From: Octopus bimaculoides | Taxonomy: Eukaryota | Assembly: GCF_001194135.2 (NCBI RefSeq) | Contig: NC_068994.1 | Location: forward strand, 9,301,799-9,365,798 | DNA: 64,000 nucleotides | Direction: 5' to 3' | Shown here: piece by piece, positions 37,211 to 51,808 of the stretch | Position numbering within the stretch: position 1 is the stretch's first letter | How the letters are laid out: each line of letters opens with the position of its first letter | Translations under genes and position numbers: made by a program | Notes under the pieces: model-generated | Told to the model about the DNA's origin: nothing | What the model saw: only the letters and a program-made list of their open reading frames with translations | Database searches by the model: none

Positions 37211-40200
37211 ACTTTGTACACTTCTCAACTTTATCTAAATGAAAAACATTTGTATTTCATAAATACACGCACACACAGACACACATGCACACACTCACAC
37301 AGACACAAACATGCAAACACACTCATATGTATATGCATACATACATATATATATATATATANNNNNNNNNNNNNNNNNNNNNNNNNNNNNNNNNNNNNNN
37401 NNNNNNNNNNNNNNNNNNNNNNNNNNNNNNNNNNNNNNNNNNNNNNNNNNNNNNNNNNNNNNNNNNNNNNNNNNNNNNNNNNNNNNNNNNNNNNNNNNNN
37501 NNNNNNNNNNNNNNNNNNNNNNNNNNNNNNNNNNNNNNNNNNNNNNNNNNNNNNNNNNNNNNNNNNNNNNNNNNNNNNNNNNNNNNNNNNNNNNNNNNNN
37601 NNNNNNNNNNNNNNNNNNNNNNNNNNNNNNNNNNNNNNNNNNNNNNNNNNNNNNNNNNNNNNNNNNNNNNNNNNNNNNNNNNNNNNNNNNNNNNNNNNNN
37701 NNNNNNNNNNNNNNATATATATATATATATATATATACGTGTGTGTATGTATACAGACAACGCATACTGGCCTGGAGTTCAACCGTTCGCCTGGGCTAGC
37801 AAACACAACAAAGGTTTTCATTGACAGCAACAAGCCTAAATCTTATTTGACTATTCAATCGTTCAATGAAGTATATTCTATTCAGGGAGCAATTCTAATG
37901 TAATAAGTATACAAAGGATCAGAGCTGATAAAGTAAGGCGTCTTATGAAAATCGACCACCCGAGAGTTATATTCTGAATATTGAATAGGAATGCGTGATT
38001 ACCCAAATATACCATATAAAGTGTGCAAATATAGGTAACCAAAGATTGTCCAAACAGGTAGAAGACAAATACTTCTAGGTGTGTTCATAATATGAAAATA
38101 ACGAACAGAACACTCATAAGATTAGCTGCGCGAAGTGTTAAGGCGAGAAATTTAGCTAATATTTGACATAGGAATTACATTGAGATGATGCCTCATTATT
38201 TCTGCGTTATGCATAATGAAACAGAGATGTCTATTTATTGTCATTAAACGTAGAAATAGAAGTCTGACGCATGGTTTAGAAAGTTACTGTATTGTAGTGG
38301 TATAGTTGTTTGCGTAAGGAAATATTGTGTGATACAGAAATTATCGGAGACGAAATCATATTCAGTGAAAATAAAAATATAGAAACGAAAAATATCGTAA
38401 TGAAAGTATATTTATTATTCAGAAAAGTTAAACAAATGACACGTTAATCACATGAATGATATATTGTATGGCAAAGATTGCAAAGTTCTGCCGTCATTTC
38501 ATTTGACTAAGAACAGTTAATGTTCTGGATGTTATTCCCTCAGGTCAATAATGCATCATGAATCATGTTTATGCAAAAACCTCACCAAATAAGAAACAGC
38601 TTTATTTGACTGAATTCGATTAACTTCGCGATGAGGCTATATCTGGGAATATATGTTTCAATAACTATTAATGATTTGCTACGAGACTAGAGACAAAAAA
38701 AAAAGAATGCTTATAGATACGGATAGCCTAATATTCTGTATATCGGAGTTTCTGTATATCTTGAAGGAATAGTGAATAATCTAAAGTTAAATAACTTAGA
38801 ATTAGTAACAAAGAAAAGAATGAACAATTCCAGATTTTGGTACTTATACTATGGATGCTATTTAGGTTCTCAGATGAATTATTTCCCACTTTAGATTTTG
38901 GAGATGATCTCGAAGGATTAAGAAATAAGTTACTTTTGTGAAAATCATTTTGGAAATAATATTAAAATATCTCAGCTGAATTTAGAAGTTTATTTATGTG
39001 TGGTTATTAAGATACTACGAACTATTTGTGCAATCACTACTAAATTGGTATTGTACACCTTCGCTTATACAAAAAAAAAACTATATTTATCGGTATATAT
39101 ACATCAGTTGTCGGAGTCTTATCAAGTGTCGGGAACATTATAATGAAAAACAGATTATTGATGTTCAGTTGTACGGCCAATAGTTGATGGAGATTGGAGA
39201 CTCTTCGCACTTGGAAAATATTCTTCATCCTTGCTTTGTTGCTTTTTCTTTTTTATTCTAATTGTGTCCAGGAAATGAATGAAACTGTTTTGTGCTTCTC
39301 AATAATCTAATTTTGAATAATACGTATTCAAAAATAGTGAACACTTCCGTTCTCTTAAAGCAAATTATCAAGGTACTCATAATTCATGATTTGCTTTTTT
39401 GCTTTCTTCCGTTGCTGTTTGGAATTCCAAAGCATTCTAATATATAGTAATAAACTGAAATTTACACAACCTGTGTAATTTAATATCAAATTATCTATGC
39501 GGGTATATAACGTAAAAGAAACATGTTTGCAAACGCTCACCTCCTTCATTGCGTCCAGTTTCTAATTAAAAGAAGCCAGAAGTGTCGGGTTAATGCAACA
39601 GCATAGATAATATTATCTGTTTCCACGAAAGGAACTTTGCGAAAGGAGGTCTTGAAAGTTTCTTATAAACACGAGAAAAGCGGGTTTTACATTGGAAAGT
39701 GTCATGAGTTGTAACACAAGCAAGACACATTATAACTCATATTGACGAATATGGATTCCGTGTTAAGAACAACATGGAATGCATATTAGATGTAGGGGTT
39801 TTATTCAAAGGGATGCTTTCTTCCAATATTTCTAGAGAGTCTTGAAGGAAATATATAAGTAACACCAAAATTTAAAATAATTCGGTATATTTTGTAAATG
39901 TGAGACCGCACCGTATTAGAGATTTACATTGATTGTTTATATTTGTTTTTAACACAGACACCTAACGCTTTACAAGCAAATCTGAACGGAAAACTTAAAC
40001 AGAAGTATAAATATCGGTATAAAAGAAATTAGACTTAGCATATTATGAACAATATAGTCCTGGATTTCTTATGCTGAACAATTACATAATTAGCTATTTA
40101 AAAAACATTTCAACAAATATAGTATTTAAGGAAGAATATGTATGATATTGTAAAAGAATATTTCTATTTCAATGAAATGGATTTGCGAAATAATAAAAAT

Positions 40201-40881
40201 CAATAAAAATGTCCAAGAAAAATGAACGGAAGAATTATTCCAAATTTAACATTATATTAACGAAAGGAAATTACGAAACATGAGGTGAGAGAGAGAGAGT
40301 ATGAAAGTGTTAGATTAGAGATAATATATAGGAATACAGAATTGAAAGATAAATAACATAAATGTAGAACAAAATATGTAACGGAGCCTCGGGGTGAAAA
40401 ATAGAAAGAAACTTGTCAAATAATACATTTGAACTAAATGTGGTTCGTGTAAAAGGAAGGAAGAATATGATGACGGAAGAATGGATTCATTGTAGCTTTA
40501 CTCTTTGAATTGGATAGCGTTTTCTTTTGTTTGGCATTATATTGATAGGGAAGAAATTACCTGAAAGATATATTACATATTCAAAGATTCCATCAACACA
40601 GTTTAGTGTCTACAGTGGATATTTCCTTGATGGCGTCATTAAACAATACTTTAAGAACGAGATGGGAAATATGTGGAAGAATGTGTCTATGGAAACTACA
40701 TGTTTCAAATTAGAAGCTTTTCTGCAACTGATAGGACCATAAGTTGTTATGTCTGTAAATGTGTTTATATTGGTGTATGAAACTACATATGTATATGTGT
40801 GTGGTCATGTGCAATCATATATGTTTAAATACATATACAAATACACACGCTCATACATACTTCACGCAAACATACACAGAC

Positions 40882-40914
<33 letters not shown>

Positions 40915-43900
40915 NNNNNNNNNNNNNNNNNNNNNNNNNNNNNNNNNNNNNNNNNNNNNNNNNNNNNNNNNNNNNNNNNNNNNNNNNNNNNNNNNNNNNN
41001 NNNNNNNNNNNNNNNNNNNNNNNNNNNNNNNNNNNNNNNNNNNNNNNNNNNNNNNNNNNNNNNNNNNNNNNNNNNNNNNNNNNNNNNNNNNNNNNNNNNN
41101 NNNNNNNNNNNNNNNNNNNNNNNNNNNNNNNNNNNNNNNNNNNNNNNNNNNNNNNNNNNNNNNNNNNNNNNNNNNNNNNNNNNNNNNNNNNNNNNNNNNN
41201 NNNNNNNNNNNNNNNNNNNNNNNNNNNNNNNNNNNNNNNNNNNNNNNNNNNNNNNNNNNNNNNNNNNNNNNNNNNNNNNNNNNNNNNNNNNNNNNNNNNN
41301 NNNNNNNNNNNNNNNNNNNNNNNNNNNNNNNNNNNNNNNNNNNNNNNNNNNNNNNNNNNNNNNNNNNNNNNNNNNNNNNNNNNNNNNNNNNNNNNNNNNN
41401 NNNNNNNNNNNNNNNNNNNNNNNNNNNNNNNNNNNNNNNNNNNNNNNNNNNNNNNNNNNNNNNNNNNNNNNNNNNNNNNNNNNNNNNNNNNNNNNNNNNN
41501 NNNNNNNNNNNNNNNNNNNNNNNNNNNNNNNNNNNNNNNNNNNNNNNNNNNNNNNNNNNNNNNNNNNNNNNNNNNNNNNNNNNNNNNNNNNNNNNNNNNN
41601 NNNNNNNNNNNNNNNNNNNNNNNNNNNNNNNNNNNNNNNNNNNNNNNNNNNNNNNNNNNNNNNNNNNNNNNNNNNNNNNNNNNNNNNNNNNNNNNNNNNN
41701 NNNNNNNNNNNNNNNNNNNNNNNNNNNNNNNNNNNNNNNNNNNNNNNNNNNNNNNNNNNNNNNNNNNNNNNNNNNNNNNNNNNNNNNNNNNNNNNNNNNN
41801 NNNNNNNNNNNNNNNNNNNNNNNNNNNNNNNNNNNNNNNNNNNNNNNNNNTATATATATATATATATATATATGTGTGTATACATATATATATGCATGTA
41901 TATACATATATATATATATATGTATATATATATATTTATATATTTATATATATATGCGTACGTATGTGTAAGCATTTTTGTGTGTATATAGATATACATG
42001 CGGAAAGTGTGTTTATATATATATATATATAGGTATGTATGTATTTATGCAAGCGCGTAGTGGGAAGTGATATTTATATGAGATAAGTTCATATATTCAA
42101 CTGAATATACCAGAGCCTTACACATCTTATGCCAAGCTTAATCAAGAAATCCTGTGTTAGTCCCACATGAAAGGAAGTGTCCTTGATTATATCATGATGT
42201 GTGAAAGATCCTTATACAAGAATATTTGATATTCTGCATTTTAATGAGAGAAGCAAAAGAACACTATCAAACTGCATACGACAACTGCAACATCGGCATA
42301 TTAGCCCCCAACATCTCATATAAAGATATACAGATCATCGGCTACAGCCGAATGACTTCTATGGATATTTGAAGCATAAATATGCAACCGCATCATGACT
42401 GTTTTGCGCCATGTTTATATGTAAATATCTATGTGTGTGTCTGTGTGTACGTGTTACTGTGTGTGTGTCTGTGTGTACGTGTTATTGTGTGTGTGTGTGT
42501 GTATGTGTGTGTGTGCGTGTGTCTGTATGGATACGTGTGCATATGTAATCTACATCATAACGTGCAACGTTTACAGAGAACACTATATCGGGTACACAGA
42601 CACAACACTAGGAAAACAATGACAGTACACCAGCAACAAACCAGGAAACCATACACAAGAAACTGAGGCAATATTTGGATAATTGTTTAAGTCAGATCTT
42701 ATCTAACTATTCTTTCGTCACTTCCAAACAGTGTAACGGCTCAACGAGAGAACAGCGGGTGCAGAATAAAGAATTATTTCATTAAAAAATATAAACCACG
42801 TATTATATTTCAAGTAATTCACAAGGCTGAGTATATAACTATAATATCCAGTCTAGTAGGTGACATCTATACAAAATTTCGCTAAAGCATAACTGTGCTA
42901 CAATGATTGACAGTAACTATTCTGATTTCAAACAAACAGAATTATCGATGAAAATGCCTTTGCTAATAATTGTCTTGTATGTTAGTGATACTTTGTATGT
43001 GTGCAGATAAGTCTGTTCTTGTGTGTATAAGGGGAAGCATATAGGTAAGTAATTATGTCTATAAATAAATATATTGTGTGTGAGACTATATGTGGTTGTG
43101 TGTGTGTTGTATACAAGAGAGAGTAAAAGTCATACGTGCTATATTTTTATAGTCATGTGTGAGGCCGTGTGTATGGCAGTTGACCATTGCAATACACAGC
43201 AATATTGTTATATCCTCTAGGTTACACAATATTCTAGTTGAATATTTTGTATCGCCCATACTACTTAGAAAAAATAACGTGGTGTATCATTTTCACTGAA
43301 ACCTACCTTGAAGTCCACTCCATTAGAGACTTGGTGATGACTGGAACATTTAACTGCGTGTGGTAGAATATGTTGAAGAGTTATTGCCGAAGTAATAAAG
43401 CTATCATTATATCTACGCAATAAATTCTCAATTATTGTCTTCGGATTTTCATTCAGTGCCTAATCCAAATTAGACATGGTAAAGTAATTTACATATATTG
43501 CACATATGTGTCCAACATTTCCAAGGAATCAAGAAAGAAAGTTTAATCTGAAATAGCATACCATGATGTGCTGATATAACATATCTCTCTACTTCAAACG
43601 AAAATCTAAGTAAAAGTGTTTATCAGTAAATTGAAAACGTTATCTGCGAATGAGATATTTTCATATCATACACTTTGCAAGAGCAACCATGCAATACCAC
43701 AAAATATCACATCTGGAATAAAAACCAGAAGCTACGCGTCACAGTTGGGAGGAGACCAGATCCTTTAATCTACAAAAAATCGTCTCGTTTATATTCAATA
43801 TCTTCATTAATGCCTTTCAATATGAACTGCAATGTAACATAATGACAACTAAGAATTCTAAAACATCAATAAGCTTTCTGCTATAAGAAATGCGTGAGAA

Positions 43901-43917
43901 CTACTAAACAACCAGGG

Positions 43918-45832
43918 TTACGTAAACAATGAAGTGAAATTAATAACCATGGCATTTGTCAATTCTATTTGTTGATTTTCTCCTAGTTTTGAGGTTTGGT
44001 CGGCACTAGTTTTCTCCGTTAAAATATTATCTAAAGTTCTTTGTCGAAAAGATTTCTTCTTCATTTCACGGTAGATTTCACGATAACAAGTATGACCTCG
44101 CATTAAATTTACAGCAATAGTTGAGCTTCTTTCAAAATCGGCTTCTTGATGCTCAAAGATTTCCAGAGCTTTTTCAATATGAACAAATGCTTCATTTAGC
44201 TTTTTTTGCAGAGAAGCATCTTTCAGGCGATTCTTCATTTTATTCTTATTCTTCATTTGAAACTTTTCCATTTCTAGCAATTCTTCATTTGTGACTTCAT
44301 TCCTGTCAGCATAAAGAGCTTTAGCCTTTTCAGGTGAAATTTCAATGTGCAATTCGTTTGCAATGTTTATGATCGTATCAGTTTCTTTTGAAGACATTCA
44401 TGAAGATTTATCAAATTCTTCAAAATTCTCAATTAATTTGGAGCAGAAATTTTTCCACATTCCTGTCATGCTCTTTTCGGCGATTTTATTCCACGCTTTT
44501 TATTTAATCAATTTTGTTGCCTCAAGGACGTTGAAACGCTTCCGAAATTCTTGAATCGTAGGACCATTTTCTATATCAGTCACTCCGATGTGTCTTTTAA
44601 AGATGAAGGTAAGATTAAAACGATGAAATGTCTCCTTGATCCATAGGCTGCAATAAAGATGTTGTATTGGGAGGTAAAATAGAAACATTAATATTTTGAA
44701 GGTGATGCTTTAACAATGCAGCATCACTTGCAGCATTATTCATTATCAAAAGAACCTTGAAAGGAATTTTTTATTCTTACAATATTTTTCTACTACGGTG
44801 ATTAAAAAGACAATCTTCAAGCAGTGTTCCGGTCACCCAAGCTTTTTTTTATGCTTCCATATTACAGTAAGTGTCGTCTTATCAATTCCTTTTAAAGGTC
44901 GGGGGTTTCAGATCAATGAATAGGCTTGAGTTTGCAGGCTCCTTCGCAATTTCCTCCTAGAAGCAATGTTATCCTATTCGTTTCCAAAATAGGCCCAACT
45001 TATCTACATTAAATAATTGAGACTGTATAAAGCCTTAATCTTCAATCAAATCAAATTGGCGAGTAAAAGTTGCTGCAGCTTTTTGATCTGCGCTACACAA
45101 TACTCTTTGGATCTTCACATTGTGTAGATTTGCTCGTTATTTGAAACAATCGAACCAACGAGTCCTCGGTACAAATATTTCATTTGATCCATCTTATTTA
45201 TCCCTAATCGAGTTAAAATGCGAAATTGCTTTACTGCAAATTATAGCCTGACTAAATGGCATATGAAATCTAAGAATTTGATCGTTAATCCAAGCTGTCA
45301 AAAGCTTTTCTGTGCGTGAAATTAAACTTTCATTATCTTTTCTTCCTAGCCAAGTTGAATTTAGAGAATGACTTCCTTTAACTTTATTTAAATAATCTTC
45401 ATTTTGCTTCAAGATGGTAGAAACAGACGAAAGATCCATATCAAATTTTTTTGAAAAGTGTTTAACAGTTGCACCTTTTTCGTGCTGTTTAATCAATTCG
45501 TATTTTATTTATAATGTAATTGTTTTATTTCTCAGAATTCTTTCTTTTTGATGCTATCAAAGGGTACTACACATAAATTAAGGTGTGTCAAAAATTTAAA
45601 AGATGAATGGAATAAAAAAAAAAGATGAGTTGCAGGTTAGCGTCAGGGAAGTCGGGCAGGCACTGACACACTTCAAATCCAAAAAAGCAGTTGCAATCGA
45701 TCGCTGGAGGTCACAGGTGCAGCCAGACTAGAAGTGACGCTCGTTGCCATGGTAACCAGTTTTTTCGCTTTTCATCTACAATTCGTAAAGACGAGGTTTC
45801 GTAAATCGGGCTTATTTAAAACGAGGTACACA
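43918..45832 (-). mobile_element. Tigger/pogo-type DNA transposon, decayed transposase pseudogene
   Basis: CENP-B-like HTH (IKQHEKGATVK...SSVSTILK...RTEKLLTAWINDQ...FSQAIICSKA), WFDCFK*RANLHNVK, catalytic regions FNVDKLGLFWK, KVLLIMNNA (D to N) and TSLLQPMDQG, and a Tigger-like C-terminus. Multiple stops and frameshifts. A TIR-like end TACCTCGTTTT...TTTACGAAACCTCG lies at about 45780-45830; the other TIR was not found. Confidence 0.9.
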
Positions 45833-46882
45833 CGCACACACACAGACACACACACANNNNNNNNNNNNNNNNNNNNNNNNNNNNNNNNNNNNNNNNNNNN
45901 NNNNNNNNNNNNNNNNNNNNNNNNNNNNNNNNNNNNNNNNNNNNNNNNNNNNNNNNNNNNNNNNNNNNNNNNNNNNNNNNNNNNNNNNNNNNNNNNNNNN
46001 NNNNNNNNNNNNNNNNNNNNNNNNNNNNNNNNNNNNNNNNNNNNNNNNNNNNNNNNNNNNNNNNNNNNNNNNNNNNNNNNNNNNNNNNNNNNNNNNNNNN
46101 NNNNNNNNNNNNNNNNNNNNNNNNNNNNNNNNNNNNNNNNNNNNNNNNNNNNNNNNNNNNNNNNNNNNNNNNNNNNNNNNNNNNNNNNNNNNNNNNNNNN
46201 NNNNNNNNNNNNNNNNNNNNNNNNNNNNNNNNNNNNNNNNNNNNNNNNNNNNNNNNNNNNNNNNNNNNNNNNNNNNNNNNNNNNNNNNNNNNNNNNNNNN
46301 NNNNNNNNNNNNNNNNNNNNNNNNNNNNNNNNNNNNNNNNNNNNNNNNNNNNNNNNNNNNNNNNNNNNNNNNNNNNNNNNNNNNNNNNNNNNNNNNNNNN
46401 NNNNNNNNNNNNNNNNNNNNNNNNNNNNNNNNNNNNNNNNNNNNNNNNNNNNNNNNNNNNNNNNNNNNNNNNNNNNNNNNNNNNNNNNNNNNNNNNNNNN
46501 NNNNNNNNNNNNNNNNNNNNNNNNNNNNNNNNNNNNNNNNNNNNNNNNNNNNNNNNNNNNNNNNNNNNNNNNNNNNNNNNNNNNNNNNNNNNNNNNNNNN
46601 NNNNNNNNNNNNNNNNNNNNNNNNNNNNNNNNNNNNNNNNNNNNNNNNNNNNNNNNNNNNNNNNNNNNNNNNNNNNNNNNNNNNNNNNNNNNNNNNNNNN
46701 NNNNNNNNNNNNNNNNNNNNNNNNNNNNNNNNNNNNNNNNNNNNNNNNNNNNNNNNNNNNNNNNNNNNNNNNNNNNNNNNNNNNNNNNNNNNNNNNNNNN
46801 NNNNNNNNNNNNNNNNNNNNNNNNNNNNNNNNNNNNNNNNNNNNNNNNNNNNNNNNTATATATATATATATATATATATATA

Positions 46883-46976
46883 TTACTCTTTTACTCTTTT
46901 ACTTGTTTCAGTCGTTTGACTGCGGCCATGCTGGAGCGCCGCCTTTAGTCCAGTAAATTGACCCATGACTTATTCT
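46883..46976 (-). mobile_element. SINE family B, 3' tail fragment
   Basis: TTACTCTTTTACTCTTTTACTTGTTTCAGTCGTTTGACTGCGGCCATGCTGGAGCGCCGCCTTTAGTC. Confidence 0.85.
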
Positions 46977-49514
46977 ACATTCTGTAGTGGCAATGTAAAT
47001 GTTTTCGTTTTTGCACTGTAGCACACATTGTCTGTACTCCTAACGAACGCATAAATGTAAGTCAATCGCCATTCGTCTCTCTCCTACTCTGAACCATTTA
47101 AAATATTTCATCGACAGTTTCGTAAACAACAGTATAGTGCGCATCGAATATATGGTTGGAGTATGTTTTACTGAGAAAGCATATCACCAAGGATGCAAAT
47201 AGAAACACCTATTGTAATAATATCACTCTCCTTCACGCTTCAGATTATAACATTTAAATTATTGAACTGTCACTTGAAAGATGCATTGATGGATACGCAC
47301 ACACATATACACACAGACGTGAGTGCACATACTCACACATCAGCACACGCACGCACACACGCACGCACACGCACGCACACACACACACCCACACACACAC
47401 ACACACACATGGGTATGCATATATGTATTTCTCTTTCTCTCTCTCTCTCTTATATATATATGTATATATATAGGATTCCATACTCCCATATACATATCTC
47501 TTTACGTATTTAAATACGTGAATATTTATTATGTATATACATAAATATGTATACATATATATACAGGATTTAAAATTGTGCGTACATCATACTGCGCAGT
47601 ATTCATCAGTCTACACATTCGTTTGAAAATGATAATTCGAAAATGATTAATAGAAGGCTCTTCCCACTAGTATTTTCTACGTTTTGTTCATTGAAATGGA
47701 CTTCGTTTACATTAGTTCTACGATCAAGACCACACCTACCCTTAGCGATATATGTGGGTATGCGTGCGCGTGTGTGTGCGTGTATTTGTGAGCATGCGTG
47801 TTTGTGTCTGTATTTCTTATATATATATATGTATATATACATATAATATATATATATATATATATACACACATACATATATATATATATANNNNNNNNNN
47901 NNNNNNNNNNNNNNNNNNNNNNNNNNNNNNNNNNNNNNNNNNNNNNNNNNNNNNNNNNNNNNNNNNNNNNNNNNNNNNNNNNNNNNNNNNNNNNNNNNNN
48001 NNNNNNNNNNNNNNNNNNNNNNNNNNNNNNNNNNNNNNNNNNNNNNNNNNNNNNNNNNNNNNNNNNNNNNNNNNNNNNNNNNNNNNNNNNNNNNNNNNNN
48101 NNNNNNNNNNNNNNNNNNNNNNNNNNNNNTATAGATATATGTTTATGTATTATATATTAAATATACAACATATATTATATAGATAGACAGATTGATAGAA
48201 AGATATATATTCTTAGTAACGTAAATTTATATGATAGGAAATACTCATTTTCCATCTGGAACGAAGAAATTCTACTAACATATACTCTTGCGGGAATGAA
48301 AGGCAAAATTGCACTTGATGTTGTCTTCCATTTATGGTTTCTTAGTTGATGAAGCCTTTGGTGTTTTAGTGCATTATCTGCATTATAATATTAACGAATG
48401 GAAAAATTGAAAATTTATATGATGGATAGTATATAAAAACATTGTAAAAACAAAAACAAAAAAAAAAGACAAACAAACAAACAAACCGAATTTCTAAATG
48501 CTTTTGAAATTGAAGAAAGTATTATTAATATCTGCTGTTTCAAAATGATGCCTGTATTAAATATGTTCCTATTTTGGAGACTGTTTGAAGTTTCAATAAG
48601 TAAAGTACATTAGTGAGTATAGACACGCATTATGTGTTTGTTTGTGCGTGTGTGCTTCTGCGTGTGTAGCTTGTGGGACTCTGCGTTTATGCCATTCGAA
48701 ATATATTAGAATAAATAATCTCCGCATATGCAAAAGTTTTGAATATTTACATAGAATTTAATCATCAAGTTGGAAACGAAATACGAGACATCAATGAACT
48801 GAAGAAATTCGCAAATGACAATCGAAATATAATTTTGAGTATAATGAAACATAATGTTACTATTTGAAATATCTGTAATATATTGCAACGTCTACGCGAA
48901 TGCTTACTTTAGTCATTATAACCTGCTGTATATCTGAGTACATAGATACGTTCTGTGCTGACGGAATTTTAAGAAATGTGGAGCTCAATGAAAATACGCT
49001 TAAGTACGTGCATCTACAATTCTAACGTCAACAATGTACGAATAACATAATAAAGCACGCCGGCACACAAGAGAAATAGTTTAAAATTACAGTCTTACGG
49101 ATAAATCTGCAAATGAGGGTGAAGACAAAACTAAAAGTTACACATTCTATTCACCAATAATCCCAGGAACAATGCCCTCTTAGACTCAAGGAACCCCTTT
49201 CAATCTTACAACAGCCATTAAATCATAGAAATTTAGAAATGATTTTAAGAAAGCATTAATTTTCATCGAACGAAGAAGACAAGCACAAAATCTGCAATAC
49301 GGTCAAATTCACATCAGAAGAAATAACGTGGGTAAAAATATGGGGAAATCTTCGCGATACGGTATGTGGAATAATGGAACAGGAATATATAATGATTAAA
49401 AATGGAAAGGGATCGGAATGTATTTATAATACAAACATGAATGGCAGAGAAAATCTTAGGTAATGCCTGAACTGCCAACGTTACAATCAGAGTTGTGGCG
49501 GAGGAATAAAGTCT

Positions 49515-49713
49515 GAGGTAAAGGCACATGGTTTAGTGGTTGAGGTACTGGACTTCGATTGTAATAGTATTAGCACAGTTAACATCGGTGCGTTGTGTCC
49601 TTAAGTAAGTCACTTCATTAGAGGTTGCTCCAGTTCACGCAACTTGGAAAAGTGAGTTGTATATGTAATAAAAAGGGCAAACCTCGTCACATTTTTGTCA
49701 CGCTAAATCTCCC
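49515..49713 (+). mobile_element. CORE-type SINE 5' half (family D, older)
   Basis: A-box TGGTTTAGTGGTT, CORE-like GCGTTGTGTCCTTAAGTAAGTCACTT...GTTGCTCCAGTTCAC...AAAAGTGAGTTG. Truncated where the next SINE begins. Confidence 0.7.
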
Positions 49714-49718
49714 AAAAT

Positions 49719-49927
49719 GGAGGCGCGTGGCTTAGTGGTTAGGGTGTCAGCACTATGATCGTAAGATTCTGGTTTCGATTCCTGGACCGGGCGACGCGTA
49801 GTGTTCTTGAGCAAAACACTTCATTTCAGGTTGCTCCAGTCCACTCAGCTAGCAAAAATGAGTAACGCTGCGATGGACTGGGAATCACATACATCATAAA
49901 ACCGGGAAACCGGGCCTATGAGCCTGG
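49719..49927 (+). mobile_element. CORE-type tRNA-derived SINE (family C, younger)
   Basis: GGAGGCGCGTGGCTTAGTGGTTTAGGG (A box), GGTTTCGATTCC (B box), GTGTTCTTGAGCAAAACACTT...GTTGCTCCAGTCCACTCAGCT...AAATGAGT (CORE-like). Confidence 0.85.
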
Positions 49928-50040
49928 TCCATTCAACAATGCACTAAACATAACTGTAGCAGAGTAGGGTGCCTGCAGTTGACCATGGTCTATTTATGCC
50001 CCTATTCAATCCTTAGAAAATGACCATCATTTGTTATTTG

Positions 50041-50072
50041 TGGAACCCTCGTCGTCGTAACCGACGGAATGC
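50041..50072 (+). mobile_element. SINE family D terminal fragment
   Basis: Matches 28473-28503. Confidence 0.6.
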
Positions 50073-50609
50073 GAGTCGAGGCTGTTTTTATGAAGTCTGA
50101 AGTTAAGGTAGATATTAAATTTATTTAACCAAACTATTGGAAGAGATATTCAACCGGAATCTATTTCGTCATTCACCAACCTGAACACACTTGCAATATA
50201 TCTACTTTCTTAACGTACTTTATTCAAGTGTGAGAAAATATAAAAACGACGCCGTGAGCTGGACTCGATTGGCTAAATAATAATAATATGCTCGAACAGG
50301 TTAAAGTAATATACTTCAATAATTTCATCCAGCGACCAAGGACTGATATTAGGTTTGATTTAACCTAAGCTATTGACGCGAGAAAAAGACAAAAACAAAC
50401 ATATACGAACGCTTACCTCCAAATATATGCCTTGGTGTGTCTGTGTAAGCATGTGTTATGTGTGAGAATGTCTGCATGCCTGTTTTGACTGTTTGCACAA
50501 TCATTCAAATGAACCTGGCTACAGAAAACAACAAAGTATACTCACACAGACAGTCATTCACTTACTCCCTCACATCAATCCATCCAACCATCTATACATA
50601 GACACACAG

Positions 50610-50641
<32 letters not shown>

Positions 50642-50754
50642 ACAGATATGTGTGTGACGGTATATATATCTGTGTATATGTACATTTACACAGAGATACA
50701 CACGCATATATGCACACGCGTATATGTGCGTGTGTATGTATCCGTGTTCCTGTG

Positions 50755-50792
<38 letters not shown>

Positions 50793-51013
50793 TGTGTGTG
50801 TGTCTGTGTGTGCTTGTTCATGCACACACGTGTGTGACGCTGGAAGTAAGAAATGACATACATGTTGTTGAAGAGTAGTGATTTTTAATATTGCCTGTGG
50901 TTAAAGAAATATATTCCGATCTTCTCAAACCGGATATTCGTCGAACATAGAGAAATATTTCGTTTGCACAATTTATCAAAAGATGACTCTTCTGTTAACG
51001 AATTATGTAACCC

Positions 51014-51055
<42 letters not shown>

Positions 51056-51638
51056 AATCTAATTTTAAAAAAAAGCAGTAATTCAGCGTTCAACGGCAAC
51101 ATGATTTAGAAGACAAGGTCCTTTATACCGCACCTGGTTGTATCTCGTCAGGTGATATAAAATCGCTGTCTCTCTAAGTAAACTAACGACTCTATTTTGT
51201 ACTCCAATATGTTCTTAGCGGAATACACCTCAACTGTGTGTGTGTGTGTCTGTGTGTCTGTGTGTGTGTGTATGCGTGTGCTCATTTTGCAAGCGAATAT
51301 CCGTTATAAATATACGCATGCTATACTGAAATGCGAGGTGGAAGGAGATGGCCTCTAGTAGAATACGCCGCGGTCAGTGGATGTTTTTTTTTCGTAATAA
51401 CGATTCAGTGAATTTTAATGTGTGTATCTCATTCGCCGTTCATATACTTAACTGTTTATTTATTTATTTGTAAATATGGATAGATGTTATGGTACATAGT
51501 GAATTGAATCTTTCCAATGGAAGATATAGTAAAATACAATGGTGTCGTACTTCATATTGAGAAATAGAGAGGAAGAAGAATAAGCAAAATCAGGTGAAAG
51601 GAACAGATTTGATTGCAGGAGTATCAATGCTTTACGAC

Positions 51639-51640
51639 TG

Positions 51641-51699
<59 letters not shown>

Positions 51700-51732
51700 C
51701 AGACAGATAGTAAGAGGGTGAGAAATAGCCAA

Positions 51733-51781
<49 letters not shown>

Positions 51782-51808
51782 GAGAGAGAAATGGAAAGAT
51801 ATATATAT
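51639..51808. repeat. (AGAT)n, (GA)n and (TA)n compound microsatellites
   Basis: Visible runs ending at a gap. Confidence 0.9.
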
